64,000 bases of DNA from Candidatus Limnocylindria bacterium (GCA_036001645.1 DASYUC010000145.1:1534-65533), one strand, 5' to 3'; positions 37,701 through 47,055 are shown, counted from the stretch's first letter. The notes: a model not told the origin generated them from the sequence alone. Numbers and translations: made by a program.

Positions 37701-37720
37701 TGCGGCATCGCGATGCCGCA
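37701..37720. repeat. 20-bp perfect palindrome TGCGGCATCGCGATGCCGCA
   Basis: Read directly. The GCATCGC/GCGATGC core resembles the inner arm sequence of repeat copy B. Confidence 0.6.
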
Positions 37721-37787
37721 GTCGCGCTGACACCAGCGTGGTACGGCCCGCCGCGTCAGACGCGCGTCAGGTCCCCGCATGGCGCTG

Positions 37788-37819
37788 GCGATCGCGGTCT
37801 CGAGCTCTTTCGCCCGCTG
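37788..37819 (-). repeat. Possible degenerate remnant (D) of the palindromic repeat family
   Basis: GCGATCGCGGTCTCGAGCTCTTTCGCCCGCTG aligns to the copy B segment GCGATCCCGCGGCCTCGACTCTCGTTC...CCCGCTG, but needs several indels. Confidence 0.35.
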
Positions 37820-37900
37820 CGAGCCGATCATGACGCGCGCGCCTTGGTCGTCTCGACGAGAACGCCCTCATCGCCACTCACGTTGTACGCCCACCTTTCC

Positions 37901-38674
37901 TCACTCTCCCTTCCATACCGGCTTCCGCTTCTCCATGAAGGCCTGCACGCCCTCGCGGAAGTCCCGGCTCATGTAGCAGAGGAGGATGAGGTCGGCGCTC
38001 TCCTCCGGGAGCATGCGCTCGCGGATGCGCCGAAGCGCCTCCTTCGTCGCCTGCAGCGTCAGCGGCGCGTGCGACGCGATCGTCCGCGCGAGCTCGTCGA
38101 CCCGCGGCACGAGCGCGTCCTCGTCCTTCGTGACCTCGTGGTAGAGGCCGATCCGAAACGCCTCGTCCGCGTCCAGGAGACGCGCGGTGAAGACGATCTC
38201 CTTCACGCGCGCGACCCCGACGAGCGACGACAGGCGCACGAGGTTGGCCATCGAAAAGCAGTTGCCGAGGGTCCGCGCGACCGGGACGCCGAAGCGAGCG
38301 GAGGGCGCCGCGATGCGCAGGTCGCAGGCGGCGGCGATCGCGGCCCCGCCGCCCACGACCGGGCCTCGCAGCGCGGCGATCGTCGGGACGCGCACGCGCT
38401 CCAGCGCGGTCATCCAGGCATCCATACGCGCTTCGTACTCGAGCGCGTCCTGCTCCTTCGTGAATCCGCTGAACTGCGAGATGTCAGTGCCCGAGACGAA
38501 TGCGCCGCCCGCGCCGGTGAGCACGAGAGCGCGAACGCCGCGATCGGCATCCACTTCGCGGGCGACCTCGGCCATGCGCTCGTACATCGCGAACGTCATC
38601 GCATTGCGCGCCTCGGGCCGATTGAACGTGAGCCACACGACGTCGCCACGGCGCTCGACGAGCACTTCGCTCAC
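37901..38674 (-). CDS. Enoyl-CoA hydratase/isomerase (crotonase family)
   Basis: LTFNRPEARNAM, VLTGAGGAFVSGTDI, and GPVVGGGAAIAAACD. Confidence 0.85.
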   Translation of the reverse strand: MSEVLVERRGDVVWLTFNRPEARNAMTFAMYERMAEVAREVDADRGVRALVLTGAGGAFVSGTDISQFSGFTKEQDALEYEARMDAWMTALERVRVPTIAALRGPVVGGGAAIAAACDLRIAAPSARFGVPVARTLGNCFSMANLVRLSSLVGVARVKEIVFTARLLDADEAFRIGLYHEVTKDEDALVPRVDELARTIASHAPLTLQATKEALRRIRERMLPEESADLILLCYMSRDFREGVQAFMEKRKPVWKGE

Positions 38675-39867
38675 GCCGCCGCCACCGTCCCGCGCGCCAC
38701 GAACGCGCGGACCTCCTCATCGGAGTGTCCGATCTCACGAAGCACCTCGGTGGAGTGCTCGCCCAGCAGTGGCCCGGCACGCTCGAGGCGCGCCGGTGAA
38801 GAGCGCAGGCGCAGCGGGGTGCCCAGCGCGCGGACGGTCCCGAGCCGCGAGTGCGGCAGATCGACGAAGAAGCCTCGCTCGCGAAGGTGCGGATCGTCGA
38901 AGACCTGGCCGTAGTCCTGGATCTCCGCGCAGGGAACGCCGGCCTGTCGCAGCACCGCGAGCCAGTGCGCCGCCGGACGGGTAGCGGTGACCTCTTCGAT
39001 GAGCGGGATGAGCTCCACTCGGTTGCGCTGCCGGAGGGTCCCATCCGCGAAGCGCGGATCGCGCTCCAGGCGTTCGAGTCCGAGCGCAGCGCAGAACGCG
39101 CGCCAGGTCGGCACGGTGGTCGCTCCGAGCACGAAATGCGCGTCCGCGGCGCGCACCGCCTGGTACGGACCGACGAGCTTGTGGGCGGATCCGGCCGCGC
39201 GCGCGATCTCTCCGGTGGTAAAGAACTGTCCGGCCTCCCAGACCGCGAGAGAGACCGACGACTCGTACATCGAGATGTCGACGAGCTGCCCGCGGCCATC
39301 GCGCTGGCGGACGCTCAGCGCGGCGAGGATGCCGATCGTCGCGTACAGGCCCGCCGCGAGGTCGGAGATCGACACGCCCACCTTTACCGGCGCGCCTCCC
39401 TCCTCGCCCGTGACGCTCATGAGACCGCTCATCGCCTGAACGATGATGTCGAGCGCCGGACGGTCGGCGTAGGGGCCGTCGAGACCCCAGCCGGTGACCG
39501 CGGCGTAGACGAGGCGCGGATTCGCGTCGAGCAGGGCCTGCGGCTCGAGGCCGAGGTCGCGCATCGTGCCGGGCCGGAGGTTCTCCACGACGACATCGGC
39601 CCGCGCGGCGAGGCGTCGAAAGATCTCGGCGCCGGCCTCCTGCTTCAGATCGAGGGCGACGCTGCGCTTACCGCGATTGAGTCGCACGAAGTTGCCGCTC
39701 TCGCCGTCGACGAACGGCTCGAGGCGTCGGGACAGATCCCCGCCACGCGGGTCCTCGATCTTGACGACGTCGGCACCGAGATCCCCGAGCTGCATCCCAC
39801 AGAACGGACCCGCCATGTAGTTACCGACCTCGAGGACACGGATCCCCTCAAGGGGTGGTGGAGGCAT
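38671..39867 (-). CDS. Family III CoA-transferase (CaiB/BaiF)
   Basis: LEGIRVLEVGNYMAGPFCGMQLGDLGADVVKIE and a conserved Asp region. Confidence 0.85.
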   Translation of the reverse strand: MPPPPLEGIRVLEVGNYMAGPFCGMQLGDLGADVVKIEDPRGGDLSRRLEPFVDGESGNFVRLNRGKRSVALDLKQEAGAEIFRRLAARADVVVENLRPGTMRDLGLEPQALLDANPRLVYAAVTGWGLDGPYADRPALDIIVQAMSGLMSVTGEEGGAPVKVGVSISDLAAGLYATIGILAALSVRQRDGRGQLVDISMYESSVSLAVWEAGQFFTTGEIARAAGSAHKLVGPYQAVRAADAHFVLGATTVPTWRAFCAALGLERLERDPRFADGTLRQRNRVELIPLIEEVTATRPAAHWLAVLRQAGVPCAEIQDYGQVFDDPHLRERGFFVDLPHSRLGTVRALGTPLRLRSSPARLERAGPLLGEHSTEVLREIGHSDEEVRAFVARGTVAAA

Positions 39868-39907
39868 GCGCGGAGTCTAGGGAGAGAAGCCGAGCCATCG
39901 TCGGAGC

Positions 39908-40006
39908 CAGCGGGCGCATCGCTCTCTCGAAACGGGCCCGCTCCGCGCGCTTGCGCCCCGGAGTGCGATCCCGCGGCCTCGACTCTCGTTCGCGATGCGC
40001 CCGCTG
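39908..40006 (-). repeat. Full copy (B) of the GC-rich palindromic intergenic repeat family
   Basis: Perfect 15-bp arms CAGCGGGCGCATCGC (39908-39922) and GCGATGCGCCCGCTG (39992-40006) enclose 69 nt. The interior is homologous to copy A in reverse orientation. Confidence 0.8.
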
Positions 40007-40044
40007 ACTCCCATCCCTACGAGCGCATGAGGACTGGATCGCGA

Positions 40045-41151
40045 CTAGCACTCCCCCCAGCGCTCGGCCACCTTGCCGTCGCGGAGTCTCCAGACACCCG
40101 ACACGCCGCCACTCGAGCCGATGATCCAGAGATCCTGGCCGCGAGCGAACACGCTCGTCAGGACACAGGTCGTTCCGATGTCGACGCGTTCGAGCACAGG
40201 CTTCGGTGCGACCTCAGGGGCGACAGGACTGACGAGAAGCGCGCCCTGGACCCTGAGCACGACGCCGTCGTCACCCACGGCCCACGCGGTCGATCCCACC
40301 GCGGTGACCGAACGCAGCGGAGTGTCGATCCCGGACTCGACCTTCGACCACTCGAGCCCGGAGAGCGCGAGGACCGTCCCGCCGTCGCCGACGGCGACCG
40401 CGGTGTCGATCTTCGGCGCCGCGATCGCGCGAAGCGTGACATCCACGCCGGTCTTCACCGGCCGCCAACCGGCGGCCTCGAGGCGATAGCTGATCCCCTG
40501 GCTCCCGACGACCCAGGCGGATTGCGCATCGAAGACGATCAACGCGTTCAGGTCCTCCTCGATGCCGGCCGCGTACGGCTGCCAGGTCCCGCCGGACAGC
40601 AACATGACCAGACCCTGAGTGCCCACGACCATCGCGCCCTGTGGCATGGCCGCGACGCCCCTGAGGTCCTCGAGCGTCACGTCGAATGTGTTGATCGAAC
40701 GCGCGCGGTCGTCGACGATGAGGACGGCCCCGACCGGGCCGACGCCGTAAAGGATCCCGGCGTCGCACGACGCATGAGTGAGGGTCCGCAGCGTGCCGTC
40801 CACCTGAGTCCAGTCCTTCCCGTCGTAGCGGATCAGGCCGCCGCCGTTGCTCACCACCCAGAGTCCCTGCTCCGTGACGCAGCCGGCGGACAGCGTCTGC
40901 CGGAAGACGGAGGGATCGGTCGTCGGCACCGGCGTTGGCGTCGGGACCGCGACGGTCGGCGTGGGACGCGGTGTCGCGCGCGGTCGCGCGATGGTTCCCA
41001 CCGCGAGGCCCCCTCCGATCGCCGCGACAACGAGGAGCACGGCGATGATCCCGGCGTACGAGAGGGGTAACGGGCTGGCTTTCGCCGGCGCGGGGCTGGG
41101 AGGACCCTGGACCTCTGGTGGCGGTGGCGGTGGCGGCGTCGTCGCCATCAC
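40045..41151 (-). CDS. Membrane-anchored beta-propeller-like protein (Ycf48/BNR-like repeats), Pro-rich N-terminus
   Basis: MMATTPPPPPPP, one TM, then repeated G-x-V/I-x...W-x-x-V blades. The ATG overlaps the htpX stop. Confidence 0.5.
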   Translation of the reverse strand: MMATTPPPPPPPEVQGPPSPAPAKASPLPLSYAGIIAVLLVVAAIGGGLAVGTIARPRATPRPTPTVAVPTPTPVPTTDPSVFRQTLSAGCVTEQGLWVVSNGGGLIRYDGKDWTQVDGTLRTLTHASCDAGILYGVGPVGAVLIVDDRARSINTFDVTLEDLRGVAAMPQGAMVVGTQGLVMLLSGGTWQPYAAGIEEDLNALIVFDAQSAWVVGSQGISYRLEAAGWRPVKTGVDVTLRAIAAPKIDTAVAVGDGGTVLALSGLEWSKVESGIDTPLRSVTAVGSTAWAVGDDGVVLRVQGALLVSPVAPEVAPKPVLERVDIGTTCVLTSVFARGQDLWIIGSSGGVSGVWRLRDGKVAERWGEC

Positions 41152-42068
41152 ATCGCCTCGAGGCGGCGGATGCGCTCGGCGATCGGCGGGTGTGTGTCGA
41201 ACAGCCCGTCCAGGGCACGCGGCGCGTCCTTGAGCGGGTTCGCGAAGTACAGCGATGCGGTCGCCTTGTTCGCCACCTCGAGCGCCTCCTTGTCCGCGGC
41301 GATCTTGCGCAGCGCATTCGCCAGACCAGGCGGATAGCGCGTGAGAAGCGCGCCTGAGGCGTCGGCGAGGTACTCACGCTGTCGCGACACGGCGAGCTGG
41401 ATCAGCGTCGCGACGATCGGCGTGAGGATCGCGAGCGCGAGCGCGATGATCAGGACGATCCCACCGCCGCCGCCGCGATCGCGTCCGCGACGCCCGCCGC
41501 CACCCCACGCGAAGGAGCGGAGCATCCAGTCCGAAAGGAGCGCGATCGTTCCGACGAGCACGGTGACGAGAAGCATCACGCGGATGTCGTGGTTGCCGAC
41601 GTGCGAGAGCTCGTGCGCGATCACGCCTTCCAGCTCCGTGCGGTCGAGCTTGTCGAGCAGCCCGCGCGTCACGGCGATCGACGCGTGCTTCGGGTCGCGG
41701 CCCGTCGCAAACGCGTTCGGCGCGGTGTCATCGATGAGATAGATACGCGGCGGCGGGATGCCCAGTCCGATCGAAAGGGTCTCGATGATGTTGCGCAGCT
41801 GGGGCTCCTTTCCCCGTGCGAGCTCGCGCGCCTGGCTCTGCGCGAGGACGAGCTTGTCACCGGCGAAGTACGACGCCGTGGCGGAGACGCCGGAGAGGCC
41901 GAGCGCGGCGGGGACCATCGCGACACCGCCGCCAGGCGCGAATACCTCACCGACGACGTAGCCGAGGGCGATGAGTATGCCGGTGAACACCGTGATGAGC
42001 GCGACGGTGCGCCAGCGGTTCGCGGCGACGGCGTCGTAGATGTTGAGCCGCGCGGGCGGAGCTGCCAC
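41148..42068 (-). CDS. htpX: M48-family zinc metalloprotease HtpX
   Basis: HELSHVGNHD zinc motif, N-terminal TMs, and a C-terminal THPPIAERI. Confidence 0.85.
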   Translation of the reverse strand: MAAPPARLNIYDAVAANRWRTVALITVFTGILIALGYVVGEVFAPGGGVAMVPAALGLSGVSATASYFAGDKLVLAQSQARELARGKEPQLRNIIETLSIGLGIPPPRIYLIDDTAPNAFATGRDPKHASIAVTRGLLDKLDRTELEGVIAHELSHVGNHDIRVMLLVTVLVGTIALLSDWMLRSFAWGGGGRRGRDRGGGGGIVLIIALALAILTPIVATLIQLAVSRQREYLADASGALLTRYPPGLANALRKIAADKEALEVANKATASLYFANPLKDAPRALDGLFDTHPPIAERIRRLEAM

Positions 42069-42073
42069 TCGGG

Positions 42074-42637
42074 CTAGCTGAACGACACCTTCGGCACTTC
42101 ACGCTGGGCCGGTTCGGTCATCTCGAAGTACTGCTCGATGGTGAAGCCGAACATCCCCGCGAGGAGGTTGGTCGGCACGGTCTGGATGGCGGTGTTGTAG
42201 TCGCGAACGTTCCCGTTGTAGAAGCGGCGCGCGAAGGCGATCTTGTCCTCGGTGTCCCTCAGGTTCTCGGAGAGATCCTTGAACTCCTGCACCGCCTGCA
42301 GCTGCGGGTACGCCTCGGCGACCGCGCGTAGATTCACCAGGGCGGCGCCGAGGGCCGTTTCCGCCTGTGCTCGCTGCTCGGGGGAGCCGGACTGCGCCGC
42401 GGTGATGGCGGCGGCCCGCGCCTGCGTAACGGACTCGAATGTCTGTCGCTCGTGCGCGGCGTAGCCCTTCACCGTCTCGATGAGGTTGGGGATCAGGTCC
42501 CAGCGCCGCTTCAGCTGGACATCGATGTCCGACCACGCCTCACGCACGCGCTGACGCATCGTGACCAGGCGGTTGTAAAGACCGATGACGAACACGACGA
42601 TGAGCGCGACGACGATGAGCGGGATCAAGATCTCCAC
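42074..42637 (-). CDS. lemA: LemA-family protein
   Basis: N-terminal TM, then YNRLVTMRQRVREAWSDIDVQLKRR and RRFYNGNVRDYN. Confidence 0.9.
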   Translation of the reverse strand: MEILIPLIVVALIVVFVIGLYNRLVTMRQRVREAWSDIDVQLKRRWDLIPNLIETVKGYAAHERQTFESVTQARAAAITAAQSGSPEQRAQAETALGAALVNLRAVAEAYPQLQAVQEFKDLSENLRDTEDKIAFARRFYNGNVRDYNTAIQTVPTNLLAGMFGFTIEQYFEMTEPAQREVPKVSFS

Positions 42638-42669
42638 GGCGTCCTCCCCTTCCGGCTACGACAGGTCAA

Positions 42670-44166
42670 TCATGACATCAGCGGAGCCAGCGCCTCTTCC
42701 AGCAGCCGTTGGCGCTCCATCCCGGCGCGCAGGCGCGCGTGCGCGGCCGGACGCGGTCGGAACGTGCGCCCGACCGGCGAGCGCACCGCCGTGATGTCGG
42801 GGAGCGCGCCGATCCGCTCGAGCGCGACGATCGTCGCGCCGCGCGCCGATCCTTCGCCCGCGAGGCTCATGAGGAGCGGTCGGTCGATCGCATCGGCAAA
42901 GAGCTGCATGAGCCAGGGCAGCGCGAGCAGCGTGCCGCCGGTGGCGATGACGCGTTCGATGCCCGGCATCGCGCGGCTCGTGACCTCCCAGAGGCGGGCG
43001 ACGCGATAGGCGATGCCCTCGACCATCGCGCGCGCGACATCGTCGGCGGTCGTGCCGAGACCGATCCCCGCGAGCGCGGCGCGCGCCGCATCGTTCCACG
43101 TCGGGCTGCGATCGCCGGCGAGCAGTGGAAGCGCGATGACCGGCGTATCCGCCGGTGCGCCGCGGAGCGCGCGTGGCACATCGACGTCCGGGAACATGCG
43201 CGCGAGCCAGCTGAGCACGTTCCCGCCGTTCGAGAGGGCGCCGCCCGCGACGACGTGGGACGCGTCGAGTCGGTAGGTCCAGCCGCCTGCAACGATCGGC
43301 GGATCGTCGGTCGCGTACACCACGCGCATCGCGCCGGAGGTCCCGAGGAACAGCGATGCGGTGTCGCGACCGATCGCCCCTGCTCCGACGTTGGAGCAGG
43401 CGCCGTCGCCGATCGCGGGCACCCATTTCGCGTGCGCCAGTGCGGGCCACCGGCGACCGAAGGACGGGAGCATCCCCACCTCCGGTGCGTCATCGATCGG
43501 CGACAGCGTCTCCTCGCCGACGACGAGGTGCGACAGGAGCGGGCGATCCCAGCGGCGCGCGCGCTGGTCATACAGGCCTGTGGCCGACGCCATCCCGTGC
43601 CCGGCGCGACGCGCACCGAGGATCCGCAGATGCAGGTATTCGCCGAGCGACATCCACCACGTCGTGCGTGCGTACGCGTCCGCGTCGTGCTCGCGGAGCC
43701 AGCGCAGCTTCGCGGGCAGGTACGAGGCGTGGAGGACACATCCGGTACGCGCGTGCGTGGCGGTCGGATCGACCTCGCGCCGCAGCGCCGCCGCCGCGCC
43801 GCGTGCACGCGTATCCGCCCACGTGAGCACGCGCGTCGTCGGCCGGCCGTGCGCGTCGACGCCCACGAGGCTGTGCCAGAACGTCGATGTGGCCACGGCC
43901 GCGATCTGACCGGCGCGGCGGCCGGCGCTCGCGAGGACGGTGTCGATCGCGCCGCACGCGGCGCGCACGCGCTCCTCCGCATCCACCGTGACCTCACCGT
44001 CGGCGGAGGTGCGCACCGGTCGGTCGGCCTGTGCGATACAGCGAACGATGGGCCGCCCGCGCGCGTCGAAGAGGAACACACGTAGACCAGAGGTGCCGAT
44101 GTCCAGCGCGAGCACGAGTGGCGCGCGCGCGTCGCGCAGTGGGATCGCGAGCGGCTCGCGCAGCAC
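42670..44166 (-). CDS. FGGY-family carbohydrate kinase (gluconokinase/xylulokinase-like)
   Basis: LALDIGTSGLRVFLFD, GTSGAMRVV, and IATGG. Trimmed to the GTG at 44166, because the longer track ORF runs through the upstream kinase-like gene. Confidence 0.7.
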   Translation of the reverse strand: MLREPLAIPLRDARAPLVLALDIGTSGLRVFLFDARGRPIVRCIAQADRPVRTSADGEVTVDAEERVRAACGAIDTVLASAGRRAGQIAAVATSTFWHSLVGVDAHGRPTTRVLTWADTRARGAAAALRREVDPTATHARTGCVLHASYLPAKLRWLREHDADAYARTTWWMSLGEYLHLRILGARRAGHGMASATGLYDQRARRWDRPLLSHLVVGEETLSPIDDAPEVGMLPSFGRRWPALAHAKWVPAIGDGACSNVGAGAIGRDTASLFLGTSGAMRVVYATDDPPIVAGGWTYRLDASHVVAGGALSNGGNVLSWLARMFPDVDVPRALRGAPADTPVIALPLLAGDRSPTWNDAARAALAGIGLGTTADDVARAMVEGIAYRVARLWEVTSRAMPGIERVIATGGTLLALPWLMQLFADAIDRPLLMSLAGEGSARGATIVALERIGALPDITAVRSPVGRTFRPRPAAHARLRAGMERQRLLEEALAPLMS

Positions 44167-44183
44167 GGCGCGAGTATGCGCGA

Positions 44184-45203
44184 CTAGGCCATCGCCGAGC
44201 GCATGAGCGGCGGGCGCGTGGCGCGTGGCAGCCGGAGCCGTACGAGCGAGCCGAGCGTCGAGGGACTCTCGATGTCGAGCGATCCGCCGTTCGCCTCCAT
44301 CAGGAGACGGGCGAGCTCGAGGCCGAGGAAACGATCGGCCACCGCGACCGCACGCGGGTCGGCGGCGCGTTCCGGGTCGTCGAACAGTGCGCGATCGTCG
44401 ACGCGCAGCGGCACGCGAGAGCGGTCGCTCACGTCGACCCAGGCCGACTGCGCGTCGACCCGGACCGCGACGTTCACGTACTCGGTCGAATGCTGCAATG
44501 CGCTGCGGATGACGCTCTCGATCGCCTGCTGCAGGCGATCGACGTCGGCATCGACGGTCGGTCCCTCCGCCCCGAGCGTGATGATCACGCGCTGTTTGTC
44601 GGCGATCGCCCGCACGGACTCGCGTACGACCTCGTTGAGATCCAACTGTCTGCGCGTGAGCAGGAGGCGCTCGCTCTGGAGTCGTCCGAGCGAGACGAAG
44701 TCGCGCGCGAGGAACTGCAGCTCCTGCGCGCGCCGCTGCAGCTCCTGCACCGCGCCGTGGGCCTCGGAGTGCGCCGGCGTGGCGCGGTCGAGCCTCGTCG
44801 CGAGCGCGGCGATGGCTTCCACCGGCCGCGGGAGCTCGTAGTCGAGGACGCGAAGGAATTCTTCGCGTTGACGGTCGACCGCGGCGAGGCGCGCCGAGCT
44901 CGTGCGCTGCCGGTCGAGAAGCAGCGCGATCGCGATGAAGATCACCATGCGCGTGAAGCCATTCCAGATCGACGGTAGGAGCGAGACGACGCCGCGATTC
45001 GTTGTGTCGGCGAAGAGCCACGCAAGGGCTCCGGCGATCGCGACGATCACGCCCGGTCCGCGGCCGACGTTCCAGGCCGTTACGACGACCGGGATCAGAT
45101 AGAAGAGCGAGAAGCCGATATCGGGTCCGGTGAGGAGATCGACGAGGCAGATCGAACCGACGGCCACGAGTGAGAGTGCGGTCAGCGAGGCCTTTCGACC
45201 CAC
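44184..45203 (-). CDS. Membrane sensor histidine kinase-like protein with degenerate catalytic motifs
   Basis: DUF4118-like TM N-terminus. The HisKA-like helix reads FLRVLDYELPRPV, with Tyr where the phospho-His is expected. The N and G boxes are not recognisable. Confidence 0.65.
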   Translation of the reverse strand: MGRKASLTALSLVAVGSICLVDLLTGPDIGFSLFYLIPVVVTAWNVGRGPGVIVAIAGALAWLFADTTNRGVVSLLPSIWNGFTRMVIFIAIALLLDRQRTSSARLAAVDRQREEFLRVLDYELPRPVEAIAALATRLDRATPAHSEAHGAVQELQRRAQELQFLARDFVSLGRLQSERLLLTRRQLDLNEVVRESVRAIADKQRVIITLGAEGPTVDADVDRLQQAIESVIRSALQHSTEYVNVAVRVDAQSAWVDVSDRSRVPLRVDDRALFDDPERAADPRAVAVADRFLGLELARLLMEANGGSLDIESPSTLGSLVRLRLPRATRPPLMRSAMA

Positions 45204-45204
45204 G

Positions 45205-47055
45205 CTACGCGAGGAGCGCGCGTACCGCGGCGGCGATGTCGCGACCCGCGATACCGGCCGCTTCGAGCAGCTCCGCGGGCTTACCCGACGAGGGCATCTC
45301 GCGCACCGCGAGGTGCCGGAGGGCGATGTCCTTCACGCCAAGTCGCACCAACCCCGCGACGACCGCGTCTCCCAAACCTCCTTCGGCCCAGTGGTCCTCG
45401 ACGATGACGAGCCGGCCACCGGTCTCCCGCAGCGCCTTGGCGATGCCGGCGGCGTCGAGCGGTTTCACCGAATAGGCATCGATGAGCCGGATCTTCACGC
45501 CGGACTTCGCGAGCTCGTCCGCGGCTTTCAGGCCCTCGTGAACGGTGATCCCGGCCGCGACGATCGTGACGCGATCGTCCGCACCGCCGCCGCGCACGAC
45601 CCGGCTGCCCCCGATCGGGAACTCGTCCTCCGGGCGATAGAGGACCTGGGTCTTCTCGCGCGTGGTGCGGATGTACGAGATGCCGCGCAGGTCGGCCATG
45701 GCCGCGACGAGCTTCGCGGTCTGATTCGCGTCGCAGGGATACAGCACGGTGCTGCCGTGTACCGCGCGCATCATCGCGAGGTCCTCGAGCCCCATCTGTG
45801 AGGGACCGTCCTCGCCGATCGAAACGCCGGCGTGCGAACCGCAGAGGCGGATATCGGCGCGTGAGACCGCGGCCATGCGGATGAAGTCGTACGCGCGCGT
45901 GAAGAATGTCGCGAACGTCGACGCGAACGGCACGAAACCGACGACCTGCATCCCGACCGCCACCGCGACCATGCGCTGCTCGGCGATGTACATCTCGAAG
46001 AAGCGGTCCGGTGCGGTCTTCTTGAAGTCCTCGGCGTGCGTCGAGTTGCTCACCTCGGCGTCCAGCACGACCACGTCCGCACGCGCCGCGCCGAGCGCCG
46101 CGAGCGCCTCGCCGTACGCCTTGCGCGTCGCGACCGGCTCGGTGTAGCGCTTCAGGTCGGGCGCCTTTCTCTGTGGCAGCGGCGCGGGCCGCCACGCCGG
46201 CGGGCCGTGCACGTCGAACGCGCGCGACGGCTCATCTCCGATCTCCGCGAGGGCCTGCTTCGCCTGCTCCGCATCGAGTGCCTTGCCGTGCCAGCCCGGC
46301 TTGTCCTCGAGGAACGACACGCCCTTGCCCTTCACGGTCCGCGCGACGATCGCAGTCGGACGGGAGGACGACCGCGCGCGACCGAGCGCGTCGTCGATCT
46401 GGGCGAGATCGTGGCCGTCGATCACGATCGGGTCCCAGCCGAACGCCTCCGCCCGTGAGGCATACGCGTCGGTGTTCCACTCGAGCTCGGTCGGGCCGCG
46501 CTGGCCAAGGCGGTTGATGTCGAGGATCGCCGTCACGTTCTCGAGGCCCTCGTGGCCGGCGAGATCGAGCGCCTCCCAGATCGAGCCCTCGGCCGTTTCG
46601 CTGTCGCCGACCAGGACCCACACCTGGAAGGGCGCCTTCAGCAGTCGCTTTCCCGCGAGCGCGACCCCCACGCCGATCGGCAGACCCTGTCCGAGCGAAC
46701 CGGTCGCGACGTCGACCCACGGAAGGATCGGCGTCGGATGACCCTCGAGGCGCGATCCGAATTTCCGGAAGGTGAGGAGCTCCGCATCGTCGATCACACC
46801 CGCTGCTCGGAACATCGCGTACACGAGCGGCGACGCATGTCCCTTGGAGAAGATGAGGTGATCGTTCGCGAGCGACTCCGGCCGCTGGAAGTCATAGCGA
46901 AGATGGCCCGCGAGCAGAACGGCGATGAGGTCGGCCGCGGACAGCGATGATGTCGGATGGCCGGATCCGGCGGCGGTCGAGCAGCGGATGCTGTCGGCGC
47001 GCAGCTGGCGCGCCAGCGTGCGGTACAGATCGAGGCGCGTCGCGGCCTCGCTCAT
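45205..47055 (-). CDS. tkt: Transketolase
   Basis: GSGHPTSSLS, the GDS(E)xxEG ThDP region, and full length. Trimmed to the ATG at 47055. Confidence 0.9.
   Translation of the reverse strand: MSEAATRLDLYRTLARQLRADSIRCSTAAGSGHPTSSLSAADLIAVLLAGHLRYDFQRPESLANDHLIFSKGHASPLVYAMFRAAGVIDDAELLTFRKFGSRLEGHPTPILPWVDVATGSLGQGLPIGVGVALAGKRLLKAPFQVWVLVGDSETAEGSIWEALDLAGHEGLENVTAILDINRLGQRGPTELEWNTDAYASRAEAFGWDPIVIDGHDLAQIDDALGRARSSSRPTAIVARTVKGKGVSFLEDKPGWHGKALDAEQAKQALAEIGDEPSRAFDVHGPPAWRPAPLPQRKAPDLKRYTEPVATRKAYGEALAALGAARADVVVLDAEVSNSTHAEDFKKTAPDRFFEMYIAEQRMVAVAVGMQVVGFVPFASTFATFFTRAYDFIRMAAVSRADIRLCGSHAGVSIGEDGPSQMGLEDLAMMRAVHGSTVLYPCDANQTAKLVAAMADLRGISYIRTTREKTQVLYRPEDEFPIGGSRVVRGGGADDRVTIVAAGITVHEGLKAADELAKSGVKIRLIDAYSVKPLDAAGIAKALRETGGRLVIVEDHWAEGGLGDAVVAGLVRLGVKDIALRHLAVREMPSSGKPAELLEAAGIAGRDIAAAVRALLA

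Noticed and set aside
37660-37750. Possible minus-strand tRNA, suggested by a perfect GGTTCGATTCC T-loop motif.
   Set aside because: The T-stem pairs only 2 bp. No acceptor stem complementarity exists. The would-be anticodon arm is a 20-bp perfect palindrome. No cloverleaf can be drawn.
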